From contig NC_068983.1 in NCBI RefSeq assembly GCF_001194135.2, forward strand, positions 41,381,439-41,437,803: a DNA stretch of 56,365 nt, written 5' to 3'. Position 1 is the stretch's first letter. Every line of letters starts with the position of its first letter. Positions 10,310-23,580 of this stretch are shown here, piece after piece. The stretch is from Octopus bimaculoides. Lineage: Eukaryota. A program made the position numbers and the translations under genes. The notes beneath the pieces are model-generated. The model ran no database searches. It worked only from the letters and a program-made list of their open reading frames with translations, and was not told where the DNA came from.

Positions 10310-11445
10310 NNNNNNNNNNGTGCCCGTGTTCACTTCTTGCCCCAAAACGCATTGTCACAAAAAACAGGCCGAATGTCTAGTCAGCCATGCCAAATCGTCA
10401 GCGCCCAATTGACTCAATTTGTCATACCTAGCAACATTTGCTTCTCATCAATAAAAGAAACAAAGCCTCTTGGGTTTCCCATAGCCGGACTAACGTTTAT
10501 TGGAGATTGGGAAATTATGTGACCGATCTATGATCGCTGAACTCTACATTTTGAAACGTTTGCTTCTCACATACAGCAACCCTATGAAATTCTTTGCATG
10601 AATATAAAGCTTGCATAAATGGATGCAAACAACAAATCAAATTTTGTCGTTTCTCTGGAGGGTCGCTTTGCCAGTAGCATAAACACGCATTGGTTCTGTT
10701 TCACTTTATCTTTTTTTTTATATGTCAATTGGTTATCATCTAACCAATTAACTAATCGATAGCTTGATTAATTGTTGGGTTAATCAGTCAGTCAATTAGA
10801 TTTGTGAATGTCCTTTCGTCACTAGACCTGGAGTAAAGAGGGCATGTATTTGATGTCACGATTGTCGACGAAAAGATTTCAACAAACTTAACTGCTTGAT
10901 TGATTAACCGAATGATTATGCTAGCTATTAGTGAGATGGCCAACTATCTATATATTTACTCAATGGTCTGTTAAAGAAAAGACGCTAAAGACAAAACCGT
11001 TAATGAACACTCCAGTATGTGGTTTGTTCTAAATTGTTAGTGTGTACAACTTCGGCGCTCAACCCAGAAACTGATAAAAAAAAATGTTCTTAATGTGTTT
11101 ACTTCCTGATATCATCAATCCGTGACGAGATCCTGTTGGGTGTTTGCAATTACATTGATATTGGTTTAAATTCCTCGGCAGTGTTGCTTGGAACGCTGCC
11201 GAGCTACTGATTTTTTTTTAAGGTTCGTTAAGGAGGAGAAGGCCAATGTGCCTGAGCTATTTTCAAGTCTCCGACGCCTGTGAATATAGAGGAGGGAGTA
11301 TGTAATCACCTTGAGGACCTCATTTGAATGGTGTGGAAGGGCTTCAATAAAACACAAAAACCAGTTACATGGTGACGTGTTATGTCTACTTTTCTATAAC
11401 AAGAGCGGACTGGTCACTCGGTCACACTTCCATTCCGTTTCCTTC

Positions 11446-11859
11446 CAGCGCTGGATTAAGCATTAAGTAAAAAAAATCACGTGCTTAGGGTATAGAGGGA
11501 AGTGAGGAGAACCACAGAAATGGTAAATGGTTTACGGCACAAAAGAAATCCCTATAAACTAGCTAAGATAATATTTGCGGTGCCTTATGCGTACTAAGTA
11601 TAGAAGCAGATGTGCTATATAAGACTAATTTTGAGGATCTGATCAAAGACTTCGCCATTAAAGAATAGAGAGAGACAGAGAAAACTCTTCAGATACAAAT
11701 AAAGTGGAAGTATTCAAAAATAGATGTTATTTTCCAGCTTACTGTTTAGTTTTGTTTCATTTTGAAGAATACATACCTCATGGCTTTTAAATTACATATC
11801 TATGGGGGCACCAACATATTTTAAATGCTTAGGGTCTCTGTGTGTCTTACTGCGCCCTG
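11446..11859. mobile_element. Possible decayed hAT-like MITE
   Basis: CAGCGCTGGATTAAG at the left end and CTTACTGCGCCCTG at the right (weak inverted match); GCTTAGGG near both ends; no TSD found. Confidence 0.3.
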
Positions 11860-12289
11860 TAACCCACAAATCTTTAATGGAAGCGAAACTATAGTAAAAA
11901 AAAAAAGACTCTTGAGATGGCATAGAGTGGGATCGAACCAGATGCTATGTAGATGGGAAACGAAGTCCTTGACTACAAAGCTATGACGAGACGCATTACA
12001 GATAAAAACGAACTTTAATCCACATATAACCAGCCACCCACATTAGTTTAGATAAAGAATTCGGTAGAAACGAGAACAAATTGGTAGAAAAAAATAAATC
12101 GTGAGTGATTCTAAGTTGTTGAAGACGAGGAGGAAATAAAAAATGGTAAAATATGGAATTAGTAAGAGAAAGAAAGGAAAGGGAAAAGTAAACGTTAGAT
12201 TAGCTGGAAATGGGAAAATTGTTATGTCAGATCAGTGAGGGAGTAGGGAAGGTAGATCAACCTAACTCTGCATTTTCGCCCCCTCTTTT

Positions 12290-12389
<100 letters not shown>

Positions 12390-12689
12390 TTCTGCAGTTA
12401 CCGAGTTATGATTATATAGTCGGTAAATCCATTCAGCCCTCTGTAGATATATACTTATACATGTGTGCGTATGTATAAAGGAAGTTATTCATACAAAATT
12501 TACGTACAAGTATGTGTACGTATATATGTACACATAAACAAGTGTATATAAATAAACACACACACACATGTAAATAGACATCCTTACTTCATACTTTTAC
12601 TTTCATACTTTTATATACACTAATAGATATACTTCTGTTCAGGAATTTATATCCTTATATTTATATGTATATCTATATATATATATATG

Positions 12690-12739
<50 letters not shown>

Positions 12740-12891
12740 TATACTTGCAACATTTATGCTCCCCCCCCACACACACACACACAACTATATACGTAAATGC
12801 AAGTGTTTGTGTGAGTGTGTATGTGTATATGTGTGTATGTATATATGTATGTATATATGTATATATGTATGTATATATGTATATATATGTA

Positions 12892-12981
<90 letters not shown>

Positions 12982-13069
12982 TATATATATATATATAGAT
13001 AGATTGATAGATAGACACACATTTCTATTGATATACATATAAATTTTATATGTATATGTAAGAATAGTG

Positions 13070-13101
<32 letters not shown>

Positions 13102-13688
13102 TACACACGCACACACACACACACGCATATATATATATATATATATANNNNNNNNNNNNNNNNNNNNNNNNNNNNNNNNNNNNNNNNNNNNNNNNNNNNN
13201 NNNNNNNNNNNNNNNNNNNNNNNNNNNNNNNNNNNNNNNNNNNNNNNNNNNNNNNNNNNNNNNNNNNNNNNNNNNNNNNNNNNNNNNNNNNNNNNNNNNN
13301 NNNNNNNNNNNNNNNNNNNNNNNNNNNNNNNNNNNNNNNNNNNNNNNNNNNNNNNNNNNNNNNNNNNNNNNNNNNNNNNNNNNNNNNNNNNNNNNNNNNN
13401 NNNNNNNNNNNNNNNNNNNNNNNNNNNNNNNNNNNNNNNNNNNNNNNNNNNNNNNNCCACCGTAGTATTTCGCCGCCATTACGAATAACAGCGCCGTTGC
13501 AATTACTACCATTATATCAAGATTAACAGCACCATCACCACCACCACCACAACCAACTGTTGTCAGTACAACAATCGACCGTAACGTCAGTGCCACCACA
13601 AACAGAACATCCACCATCATAGCCATAGCTACCACCACGATAGTGACAACGATATATACACATGTATAGCTAACGCATATATATATTA

Positions 13689-13719
<31 letters not shown>

Positions 13720-13720
13720 T

Positions 13721-13760
<40 letters not shown>

Positions 13761-14253
13761 TGAGAGAGCAGTGCATGCCATAGAAGTGATAAACGTACAT
13801 CAGGAACATGTATCACTACTATATGTGCGTAACATGGTGGTTTCATATCAAGATGAACAGCGCATGATCTTACAGGTGTGGGCCAGTTAGAATTTTCTTC
13901 AGGTCGAGTAGCCCATCCCACTCAAATGGTCCTTGAATAAGGGTTAAGGATGTTGAATGAAACACTCATGTTTCCAGAGGTGAATTATCCAAACCTCCAA
14001 AGAATTCCTCTCAACACATGGTCATGAGGCTCCCCTACTATTTCTGCTCGTGACCAGAGATGCACATATCATCAGCCACCAAAGGACATGCCCAACTGGT
14101 TAACGTCAAGCAAATCTGTGATATTGAGCAGAATATTTGCTGTAGCCCATCTTTTATACCAAGACAAAACGTATGTACGTACGTATGTATTATGTATGTA
14201 TGTCGGTGCTCCAGCCTTACTGTTTCACTGTATGCTGGTATGCTGTATGCTGG

Positions 14254-14313
<60 letters not shown>

Positions 14314-15246
14314 NNNNNNNNNNNNNNNNNNNNNNNNNNNNNNNNNNNNNNNNNNNNNNNNNNNNNNNNNNNNNNNNNNNNNNNNNNNNNNNNNNNNNNN
14401 NNNNNNNNNNNNNNNNNNNNNNNNNNNNNNNNNNNNNNNNNNNNNNNNNNNNNNNNNNNNNNNNNNNNNNNNNNNNNNNNNNNNNNNNNNNNNNNNNNNN
14501 NNNNNNNNNNNNNNNNNNNNNNNNNNNNNNNNNNNNNNNNNNNNNNNNNNNNNNNNNNNNNNNNNNNNNNNNNNNNNNNNNNNNNNNNNNNNNNNNNNNN
14601 NNNNNNNNNNNNNNNNNNNNNNNNNNNNNNNNNNNNNNNNNNNNNNNNNNNNNNNNNNNNNNNNNNNNNNNNNNNNNNNNNNNNNNNNNNNNNNNNNNNN
14701 NNNNNNNNNNNNNNNNNNNNNNNNNNNNNNNNNNNNNNNNNNNNNNNNNNNNNNNNNNNNNNNNNNNNNNNNNNNNNNNNNNNNNNNNNNNNNNNNNNNN
14801 NNNNNNNNNNNNNNNNNNNNNNNNNNNNNNNNNNNNNNNNNNNNNNNNNNNNNNNNNNNNNNNNNNNNNNNNNNNNNNNNNNNNNNNNNNNNNNNNNNNN
14901 NNNNNNNNNNNNNNNNNNNNNNNNNNNNNNNNNNNNNNNNNNNNNNNNNNNNNNNNNNNNNNNNNNNNNNNNNNNNNNNNNNNNNNNNNNNNNNNNNNNN
15001 NNNNNNNNNNNNNNNNNNNNNNNNNNNNNNNNNNNNNNNNNNNNNNNNNNNNNNNNNNNNNNNNNNNNNNNNNNNNNNNNNNNNNNNNNNNNNNNNNNNN
15101 NNNNNNNNNNNNNNNNNNNNNNNNNNNNNNNNNNNNNNNNNNNNNNNNNNNNNNNNNNNNNNNNNNNNNNNNNNNNNNNNNNNNNNNNNNNNNNNNNNNN
15201 NNNNNNNNNNNNNNNNNNNNNNNNNNNNNNNNNNNNNNNNNNNNNN

Positions 15247-15303
<57 letters not shown>

Positions 15304-15324
15304 TTTGTGTATCTGTGTTTTTCC

Positions 15325-16075
15325 CCCTACCTTCGCAGTATTACACAGCATTGAAACGACCAGCCATGATGACAAGTGGTAGCTTCCCATTGGCAGATAT
15401 TGCTCTTCACACTATAAGACCTTCTCAACTACTACTCGGTAGTACTTATAGCCGTCAAGGTAATCCAAATTCCATTTGTTCTCATCAGAGGACAGAACCC
15501 TGGTCCATTCACCATCCCAGGTCTGAGGCAGCCGAGCAAACTCCAATGTAACAGCTTTATAGAAAGGGGACAACAACGGGCGTCCTTACCGTTTCTTCAT
15601 GTGGAATCCATGGTACAAAATCACTCCTTTTACGGGGGATGTCTAGGGTCCTTCTCCCGCTGATGCCTTGATTTAGAAACAGAAGAGCAGCTCTGACAAT
15701 AGCCCTTCCATCTCTTTTTGATGTAGCTTCGGGACGTCCCTCGGTATGAAACCTGTTGTAGTCGTCTGGATTTTTAATCTTCTCGGCAATCTTCCGGATA
15801 CTCATTCCTCGGGCTTTCAGCGCGAGAATCTTCCCTTACTCAATTTCGGAAAGCTTTGTGGCTTTAGGTTTGCTGGAAATGTCAGCTGGATCACAGAGAA
15901 CACGATGAAGTTGTATATTTTCTGAAACAATCTGGAAAAGCAATGAAAATATATTAGTGGTTTTATAGATTTGAAGTGTTGGTATGTCAGGGTAAATAGA
16001 AAAGTCAGGTATTTCTCTGTGATAATAAAGTTTTCACGAAATACTAATTTACAAGAGATTATGTGTCCCCCCCAC
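15325..16075 (-). pseudogene. Tc3-like (Tc1/mariner) transposase fossil with 5' untranslated region
   Basis: Minus strand: PKATKLSEIE*GKILALKARGMSIRKIAEKI (HTH), GRPEATSKRDGRAIVRAA (GRP motif), LEFARLPQTWDGEWTRVLSSDENKWNLD (first catalytic D, SDE at 15481-15489), LVIMAGRFNAV*Y. TATAAAA upstream of the ORF. Stops, frameshifts and deletions throughout. Confidence 0.85.
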
Positions 16076-17756
16076 CACCACCACCACCTTAATCCGCTTA
16101 AATACAGAGCCAAATTTCTAAATAACTTTAAAAACATGTAGCTTTATAGTTCTGAACAGTAGTTTATACACACACACACACAGACATACATATGTATTTG
16201 TGACGTCAGAAGAATTAAGAAACTTCGAGAAACGTGATATATATGCATATATATATATATATATAAATATATATGCACATCTATCTGTCATCTATCTTTC
16301 TATCTGTGTGTATGTATGTATGTATGTGTATATGTATGTATGTATGTATGATCGCTTCGGTTTTTAATTATTTGAAATCTTCCAGTAAGAAAGGAGCTGG
16401 TTCCCAGATTACAAAGCTCCATCGTTTGAACGTAGATAACAAAAGCAACGTTGCTTGTTGAACTTGAGAATAATCTTGCATATTTTTATTGTTCTGCTTA
16501 CAGACTGTATTTGCAATAGCTGGTCAGTTGGTTGATTTTTTTTTTTTTTTTTTTCGAAACACCCCCCAGCTTTTCCAGATTGCCGCTTAGAAAAGGAAAC
16601 CGAGTCCGCCAGTTAATTATATAATGGAATAAATGTGAATTTTAAAACTGGATGCAGAAGGTGGGGGTTTTAGAAGTAGTAGTCCATAGTTAACCTTTTT
16701 CTCCTTGATTTTCAAAAAGATATTCACGTCAGTAGAACAGCTGACCTCTGTGATGGTACCACTTCTTTATGTCCGAGACGACGATATGGTTGTTTTTTTT
16801 TGGGGGGGGGGGTCAATAATTCAGTGAAGCAGGGAGAAAGAAATATTTATACGACGCACTACGATTACAGTTATACGGAGTTAAACGCTCTCTGCCAATG
16901 ACTCACCTTGAACTACTTACTCCCAATTGCTCACAGTTCTTTATTGTATTACAATGTGTCAGTTCACATTTAGTCATTTGAGGGGTGGTCAGAATACTTC
17001 CACATGTTTGCACTTGGTGGACGTTTTGATGACAATGTTCTACCAATCGCTTTCGTGTTAATGTTTCTATATATATATATTCAATAACCGGGAAATTCTC
17101 CATATTTATCCCGGAACAATTTTTCTCTGCATTTTGTTTTAGCGACAATGTCATTTACATTGCAAAGTCGTGCCTTCATGACATTTTGAGGGAAGCTGCT
17201 CATCGCATGTTTGATATTTTCAACATAAATGTGTAGTAATCAATGATTTTGGCTGCCTCTTCAGGCTCCAAGGGCTTCACTGCTTTTATCCTCTATTACG
17301 TATCTTGTATCAATTTCTTACACTTGGGTTACAAACGCATAACCTTCAAATTCTGATGCGATGTAGCGGTCACGAGTCTATGAGAGGCTTCACTTCATAT
17401 TGATATTTCTGCAGTCTTCGGGAAACATACTCATGCATTGTTTCTTTTGGTATGATGAGATGCTGAGCTTTTCTCATCCATGTTAGTGCATTTGTTTGTG
17501 TAATTATACGCGAGATCATCAGGGAAAGAGGAGTTCCTGACGAACTCACTGCTGAAACGCAAGACGTTGTTCTCATTGTTTTTCAGAGTTAGGTTTATAT
17601 GTGCATATGTACGTTATAAGTGATGGCTGCCTTCGTTCCTTTTTATATGTGTTCTCTATGTAATACACTAAGTGCTGACAAGGCCTGGTTTATGCACCAA
17701 AGAACTGTTTTGACTTCTTTCCTATTGCCAACATAGGTTAAACATAATTTCCTTAA

Positions 17757-17796
<40 letters not shown>

Positions 17797-17839
17797 GGTG
17801 TGTTTACCTATCTATCAGTTTGTCTGCCTAAGACAGACA

Positions 17840-17908
<69 letters not shown>

Positions 17909-18049
17909 GTAGAGAGAAAAAAATCGATAGATAGAGAGAGAGAGAGAGATGGATAGAGGATAGATAGACAAGTAAAGAGAGAGACAAATAGATAGGTAGA
18001 CAGACACACACAGACAGATAGACAGGCAGACAGACTGACACAGACAGAT

Positions 18050-18062
18050 AGATTGATAGATT

Positions 18063-18120
<58 letters not shown>
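18050..18120. repeat. (GATA)n microsatellite with flanking (GA)/(GACA) runs
   Basis: Direct observation. Confidence 0.95.
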
Positions 18121-19709
18121 CGTACGGACAGAGAGACAGCTATGCATTTACTTAAGATTTCGGCATCAGATTTAGCATTCAATGAATACGCCGTTGGCGC
18201 TGTGTACCATTGAAGTGCCGAGTTCAAACATCGCCATTGCCACACAAACTCGGTTAAAGAAGTTATCCGTCTGACTGGACAAACACTAAATATAGCACAG
18301 AAATGAAGACGTACATTCTACCGTCGTGCTTCAAGTATCCTGATACATTATGAGACTTCTCTCCTTCACATTTCACATTTACATAAACATATACATAAAG
18401 GTGTGTAGACATACATATAACGCACGCCCGAATACAAAAACAGATACACACATGTATGTACAAGCATAGAAAAATGTCAATGATGCACATAGAAAGAGGG
18501 AATCTTATACGTTTACAAATACATTTACAAATATCGAAACACTCAGCCTCACATACACACATCGAGATGCAAAGAAACGTATACACACTGNNNNNNNNNN
18601 NNNNNNNNNNNNNNNNNNNNNNNNNNNNNNNNNNNNNNNNNNNNNNNNNNNNNNNNNNNNNNNNNNNNNNNNNNNNNNNNNNNNNNNNNNNNNNNNNNNN
18701 NNNNNNNNNNNNNNNNNNNNNNNNNNNNNNNNNNNNNNNNNNNNNNNNNNNNNNNNNNNNNNNNNNNNNNNNNNNNNNNNNNNNNNNNNNNNNNNNNNNN
18801 NNNNNNNNNNNNNNNNNNNNNNNNNNNNNNNNNNNNNNNNNNNNNNNNNNNNNNNNNNNNNNNNNNNNNNNNNNNNNNNNNNNNNNNNNNNNNNNNNNNN
18901 NNNNNNNNNNNNNNNNNNNNNNNNNNNNNNNNNNNNNNNNNNNNNNNNNNNNNNNNNNNNNNNNNNNNNNNNNNNNNNNNNNNNNNNNNNNNNNNNNNNN
19001 NNNNNNNNNNNNNNNNNNNNNNNNNNNNNNNNNNNNNNNNNNNNNNNNNNNNNNNNNNNNNNNNNNNNNNNNNNNNNNNNNNNNNNNNNNNNNNNNNNNN
19101 NNNNNNNNNNNNNNNNNNNNNNNNNNNNNNNNNNNNNNNNNNNNNNNNNNNNNNNNNNNNNNNNNNNNNNNNNNNNNNNNNNNNNNNNNNNNNNNNNNNN
19201 NNNNNNNNNNNNNNNNNNNNNNNNNNNNNNNNNNNNNNNNNNNNNNNNNNNNNNNNNNNNNNNNNNNNNNNNNNNNNNNNNNNNNNNNNNNNNNNNNNNN
19301 NNNNNNNNNNNNATATATTCACACAGAGTTGAAACGTTGTTTGATTTATTTTTCAGCGTACAATTTTCATCATCCCACTACCAAGTATGACATCACCCCT
19401 TCCTTCCTTATTCATCTATCACCCCTTCCTTTCTCATTCATAAACACAAGGATATTATTATACTATATTATCTCGATAACCATGGGAGCTATGAAAAAAT
19501 ACAAAACTCAGCAACGCCACCGGAACATTCTACACAAGTGTGTAATTTTTCGCGCAATTCCACCCAGCCGTTTGACCATTATTCGTAAGACAAGAAAGAA
19601 TCGTCCATATCAAATTTATATATATGCTTATATATATCTGTACATATATATATATATGCTTATATATATCTGTACATATGTATATATATGCATATATATG
19701 TGTGTGTGT

Positions 19710-19897
19710 GTATTTGTGTCTGTTTGTCCTCCCACCATCGCTTGACAACCGATGTTGGTGTGTTTAAGTCCCCGTAACTTAGCGATTCGACAAAAGAGAC
19801 CGATAGAATAAGTATTAGGATTACAAAGAATATGTCCTGGGGTGCTCCAGCATGGCCGCAGTCAAATGACTGAAACAAGTAAAAGAATAAAAGAATA
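19710..19897 (+). mobile_element. SINE family B, 3' half
   Basis: CCACCATCGCTTGACAACCGATGTTGGTGTGTTT...GTGCTCCAGCATGGCCGCAGTCAAATGACTGAAACAAGTAAAAGAATAAAAG. Confidence 0.9.
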
Positions 19898-21561
19898 TAC
19901 GTGCATGCATATTTCACTCACGCATACACATACATACACACACAGGCATGCATATTTCACTCACGCATACACACATACATACATGCATAAATACATACAT
20001 ACATACATACATACATACATACATACATACTATACTCACATACACATACATACGTACTACACTCACACTCACACATACATACACACTACACACACACATG
20101 CGTACATACACATGCATACCCCCCCNNNNNNNNNNCCCACACACACACACAAGTATACATACATAAAGGCAGTCTTATGTAAATTCGCGCGACATGTAAT
20201 ACTTTCGCCTATCGCAATCCACCCGTTACACTTTCCTTTCAGCTTGCCAGCCACCCAGAACGGCTACACGTCACGCTTTTATTTTTAATTCTTTTGATTT
20301 ATGTTTTTAACTGCAACAACTCCAGATTTTGTTGTTTTTTTTATCTCACACTTTTTTCAAACACTAAGAAGAATTTTTTCCACTTGCAGCGCTTCTTTCG
20401 CATCAACATAATGTCAGGCTTTGTAGATTTTTCCCATTACTTTATTTTGTGAAAAAGGATTATCAAAGGCATTCCAAAGGAAATAATTGATGGCGTGTAT
20501 TTTAAATAAATATGCACACAGAAGCATGTTCATACTTTTCAAAAATTATTATACATTTGGTCATTTTGTGGAATTGAACCCATGGTTTGAGAAGAGGATT
20601 TTCGACAGCCTGGAATCAAGATACACACACACACGTTCTTTCGTTCCCCTTCTCTCAGATTTCCTGGCCTTCTCTTCATGCTCACTTTCCCTCTTTCACT
20701 TCATTGTGTCGCTTTCATTTCTCTCTCACCCCCTCCTTAATTCTTCTATCCCTCTGCCTCTAACTATCTCTCTTCTCTCCCCACGTGAGCGGTGTTCGGC
20801 CAGGCCTAACCTTCCTTTCTTGGTTGGACTAACGTCCGTGCAACATCTATATTCCTTCCTGTGCTTGCTAAATCTTATGTCCCTGCCATAAGGCTTTACT
20901 TCCACACACGCCAGCTTAATTTAATTCGTTCTTAGTCGAAAGAAACCTGTTGTTATGTCCTGTTATTTGTATTTGTGTAACATTTCTCTGTTTTTTTTTC
21001 GTCCTTGTTTTCGTATATATTTGCTGCTTTCTTTCAAAGAATCTAATGCTCTTAGCTTATTTTTTCCTTGGGGCTGGCCAGATTGGCGCTATCTCGAGTA
21101 TAACCAGCCGAAATTGCAAAGATAATCTGGAACTTGGCTGAGGAAAGAAAACTCCGAATGACCCCTCCTTGTTTTCTATGTATCGTCTGTCTGGATATTT
21201 TGTTGTCCCTTTTTTGCATCACCTAACTGTCCGGATGTTTTGCGTTCTTGTCCCATTTCTGTATTTTTTATATATATAAAATATAGCGGCGTACGTACAC
21301 TTCGGTCTCTCTCTCTCTATATATATATATATATAGAAGAAATTAAGAATGAAGACAAACGCTGAAAATGATTTAATAATATCTTGAGCGTTTGTCCCTC
21401 CATTCTCAATTTTCCCTATTTTCTCCTAAATACGTCTCGCTTCTCCCCGGAATAAAATCCAACACAAGTGTGACTATTGTTTCCTGGGACACTTAAGCAA
21501 CATTTAGCTACCTTGTAATTATTCATCTGGATCTTTCCTATAATTTGTACACTCATACATA

Positions 21562-21613
<52 letters not shown>

Positions 21614-21696
21614 TATATGTGTGTGTGTGTGTGTGTAAATATATGTATATATATATAAGTATATATATGTGTGTGTGTTTAGGTTTACATTCTATC

Positions 21697-21727
<31 letters not shown>

Positions 21728-21825
21728 TACATACATGTTTATTCATAACCCACGTGGCATTGATAATAGTACTCTCATTCTCTCTCTCTCTCTTTCTCTT
21801 CTTGTGTCCCTTTCTCACTCTTTCC

Positions 21826-21869
<44 letters not shown>

Positions 21870-22416
21870 NNNNNNNNNNNNNNNNNNNNNNNNNNNNNNN
21901 NNNNNNNNNNNNNNNNNNNNNNNNNNNNNNNNNNNNNNNNNNNNNNNNNNNNNNNNNNNNNNNNNNNNNNNNNNNNNNNNNNNNNNNNNNNNNNNNNNNN
22001 NNNNNNNNNNNNNNNNNNNNNNNNNNNNNNNNNNNNNNNNNNNNNNNNNNNNNNNNNNNNNNNNNNNNNNNNNNNNNNNNNNNNNNNNNNNNNNNNNNNN
22101 NNNNNNNNNNNNNNNNNNNNNNNNNNNNNNNNNNNNNNNNNNNNNNNNNNNNNNNNNNNNNNNNNNNNNNNNNNNNNNNNNNNNNNNNNNNNNNNNNNNN
22201 NNNNNNNNNNNNNNNNNNNNNNNNNNNNNNNNNNNNNNNNNNNNNNNNNNNNNNNNNNNNNNNNNNNNNNNNNNNNNNNNNNNNNNNNNNNNNNNNNNNN
22301 NNNNNNNNNNNNNNNNNNNNNNNNNNNNNNNNNNNNNNNNNNNNNNNNNNNNNNNNNNNNNNNNNNNNNNNNNNNNNNNNNNNNNNNNNNNNNNNNNNNN
22401 NNNNNNNNNNNNACAG

Positions 22417-22518
22417 TTTCGGAACTGGCCGCTCGTACGGGAACACCATCTGCACTGAGTTCAATGGGACACTACCCTAAAAGCTACTTACCTCATTCAA
22501 TGGCTCTCAGATCAACCA
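22417..22518 (+). CDS. Candidate isolated internal coding exon (102 nt, phase 1-1), product unknown
   Basis: ACAG| acceptor just after a gap whose left edge is (CT)n; |GTAAGT donor at 22519; length divisible by 3; open frame SELAARTGTPSALSSMGHYPKSYLPHSMALRST in non-repetitive sequence. No recognisable domain and no partner exons identified. Confidence 0.35.
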
Positions 22519-22618
22519 GTAAGTAATATGTTTCTTCTTTCACGTTTTTACCTCTTTACTAACACAGCTACGAGACTGATCGATCACATGGAATGGACTC
22601 GTCGCATCGTTCGTTATA

Positions 22619-22726
22619 CGAGGGGTGTATGACAGATCTTGAACCTCAAAAAAAAAAAAAACATGGTACAAGACTTCTGATGGAGGTACACGACTTCAAG
22701 GCTCAAAACTTTTCATACACCACTCG
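22619..22726. mobile_element. Tiny mariner-type MITE (108 bp)
   Basis: TA|CGAGGGGTGTATGACAGATCTTGAACCT vs reverse-complemented right end CGAGTGGTGTATGAAAAGTTTTGAGCCT (imperfect 28-bp TIRs). Confidence 0.7.
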
Positions 22727-23580
22727 CATACCGTCTTTGAAATCGCTTCGTCTTCATTGTTTATTAGAAGCTACAGCTGCCTTGCTTCCGTCTTACCTGT
22801 ACTCGCTATCAACTGGGAAATCTTTAGTATGATACTCCTAGCCTTCCCATTTGATGTTTGACGATACTTATATACCGCTATTCATATATATATATATATG
22901 ACAACATCAAAGGATAGTAAAAGAGGTGGAAAAGTAGTTATATATGGCAGCAAGACGTTTATAAAGATGTTGCATAAAAGTATATATATATATATATCAT
23001 TAAGAGGAACTTAGATAAGCTATTCCAAATCGTAACAGCTGTTTCAAAAACACGGTGACTTGATGATGCACTAATGTATATTATGCGAACAGGTATACAT
23101 ATTGACTCAGGTAAACATACGTAAAGGCCAAAATTGACATTAATTTAATACATAAGTATTGTACAGAAGTCACTTCACGCTTCAATTTAGTTATCACTGA
23201 CTCTTATCATCGGTGGGAAGAACTGTAGACGTAAAATCTTGATATACGTATGTATATTACGTATTTTCTTAGAGGTGTGTGTTTCCTCATCAGCAGAAAA
23301 GGCAGATGAATGGATAAATAAATAGCTAAAAACCTCCAAAGAAAAATTATGTATTTTTTATATATTTAAATTATAAATAATTTAACATTCCAATTTTTAC
23401 TCAGTTTTCCCATTTCTTCGTTTCTCCTGAAATTTTAATAATTTCTAAAAAAAAAATATCACAATTAAACAACGATAAAAACAAATCAACCAATTCTGAA
23501 GATGGTCCTGTTTTGCAAGATAGCATCTGTGTTTATCTAACTACGCATGTCATTTATTTCTTTATTTATTTATTATCATT

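Noticed and set aside
14038-15551. Long ORFs of 200-490 aa here and at 5739, 18456, 21565, 23991, 32140, 36028, 39277, 47284 and 53309
   Set aside because: They are open only because they run through N gaps and YI/TH/CV/SL dinucleotide repeats
17530-17580. CTGACGA..GAAAC..GTT hammerhead-like string
   Set aside because: Stem II cannot form beyond one A-U pair and stem I has a 2x2 mismatch next to the core; plausible by chance in a window this size
18140-18300. Protein-like frames in unique sequence (e.g. AYSLNAKSDAEIL)
   Set aside because: No consistent splice sites or family motif; a fleeting resemblance to an aminopeptidase C-terminus does not extend
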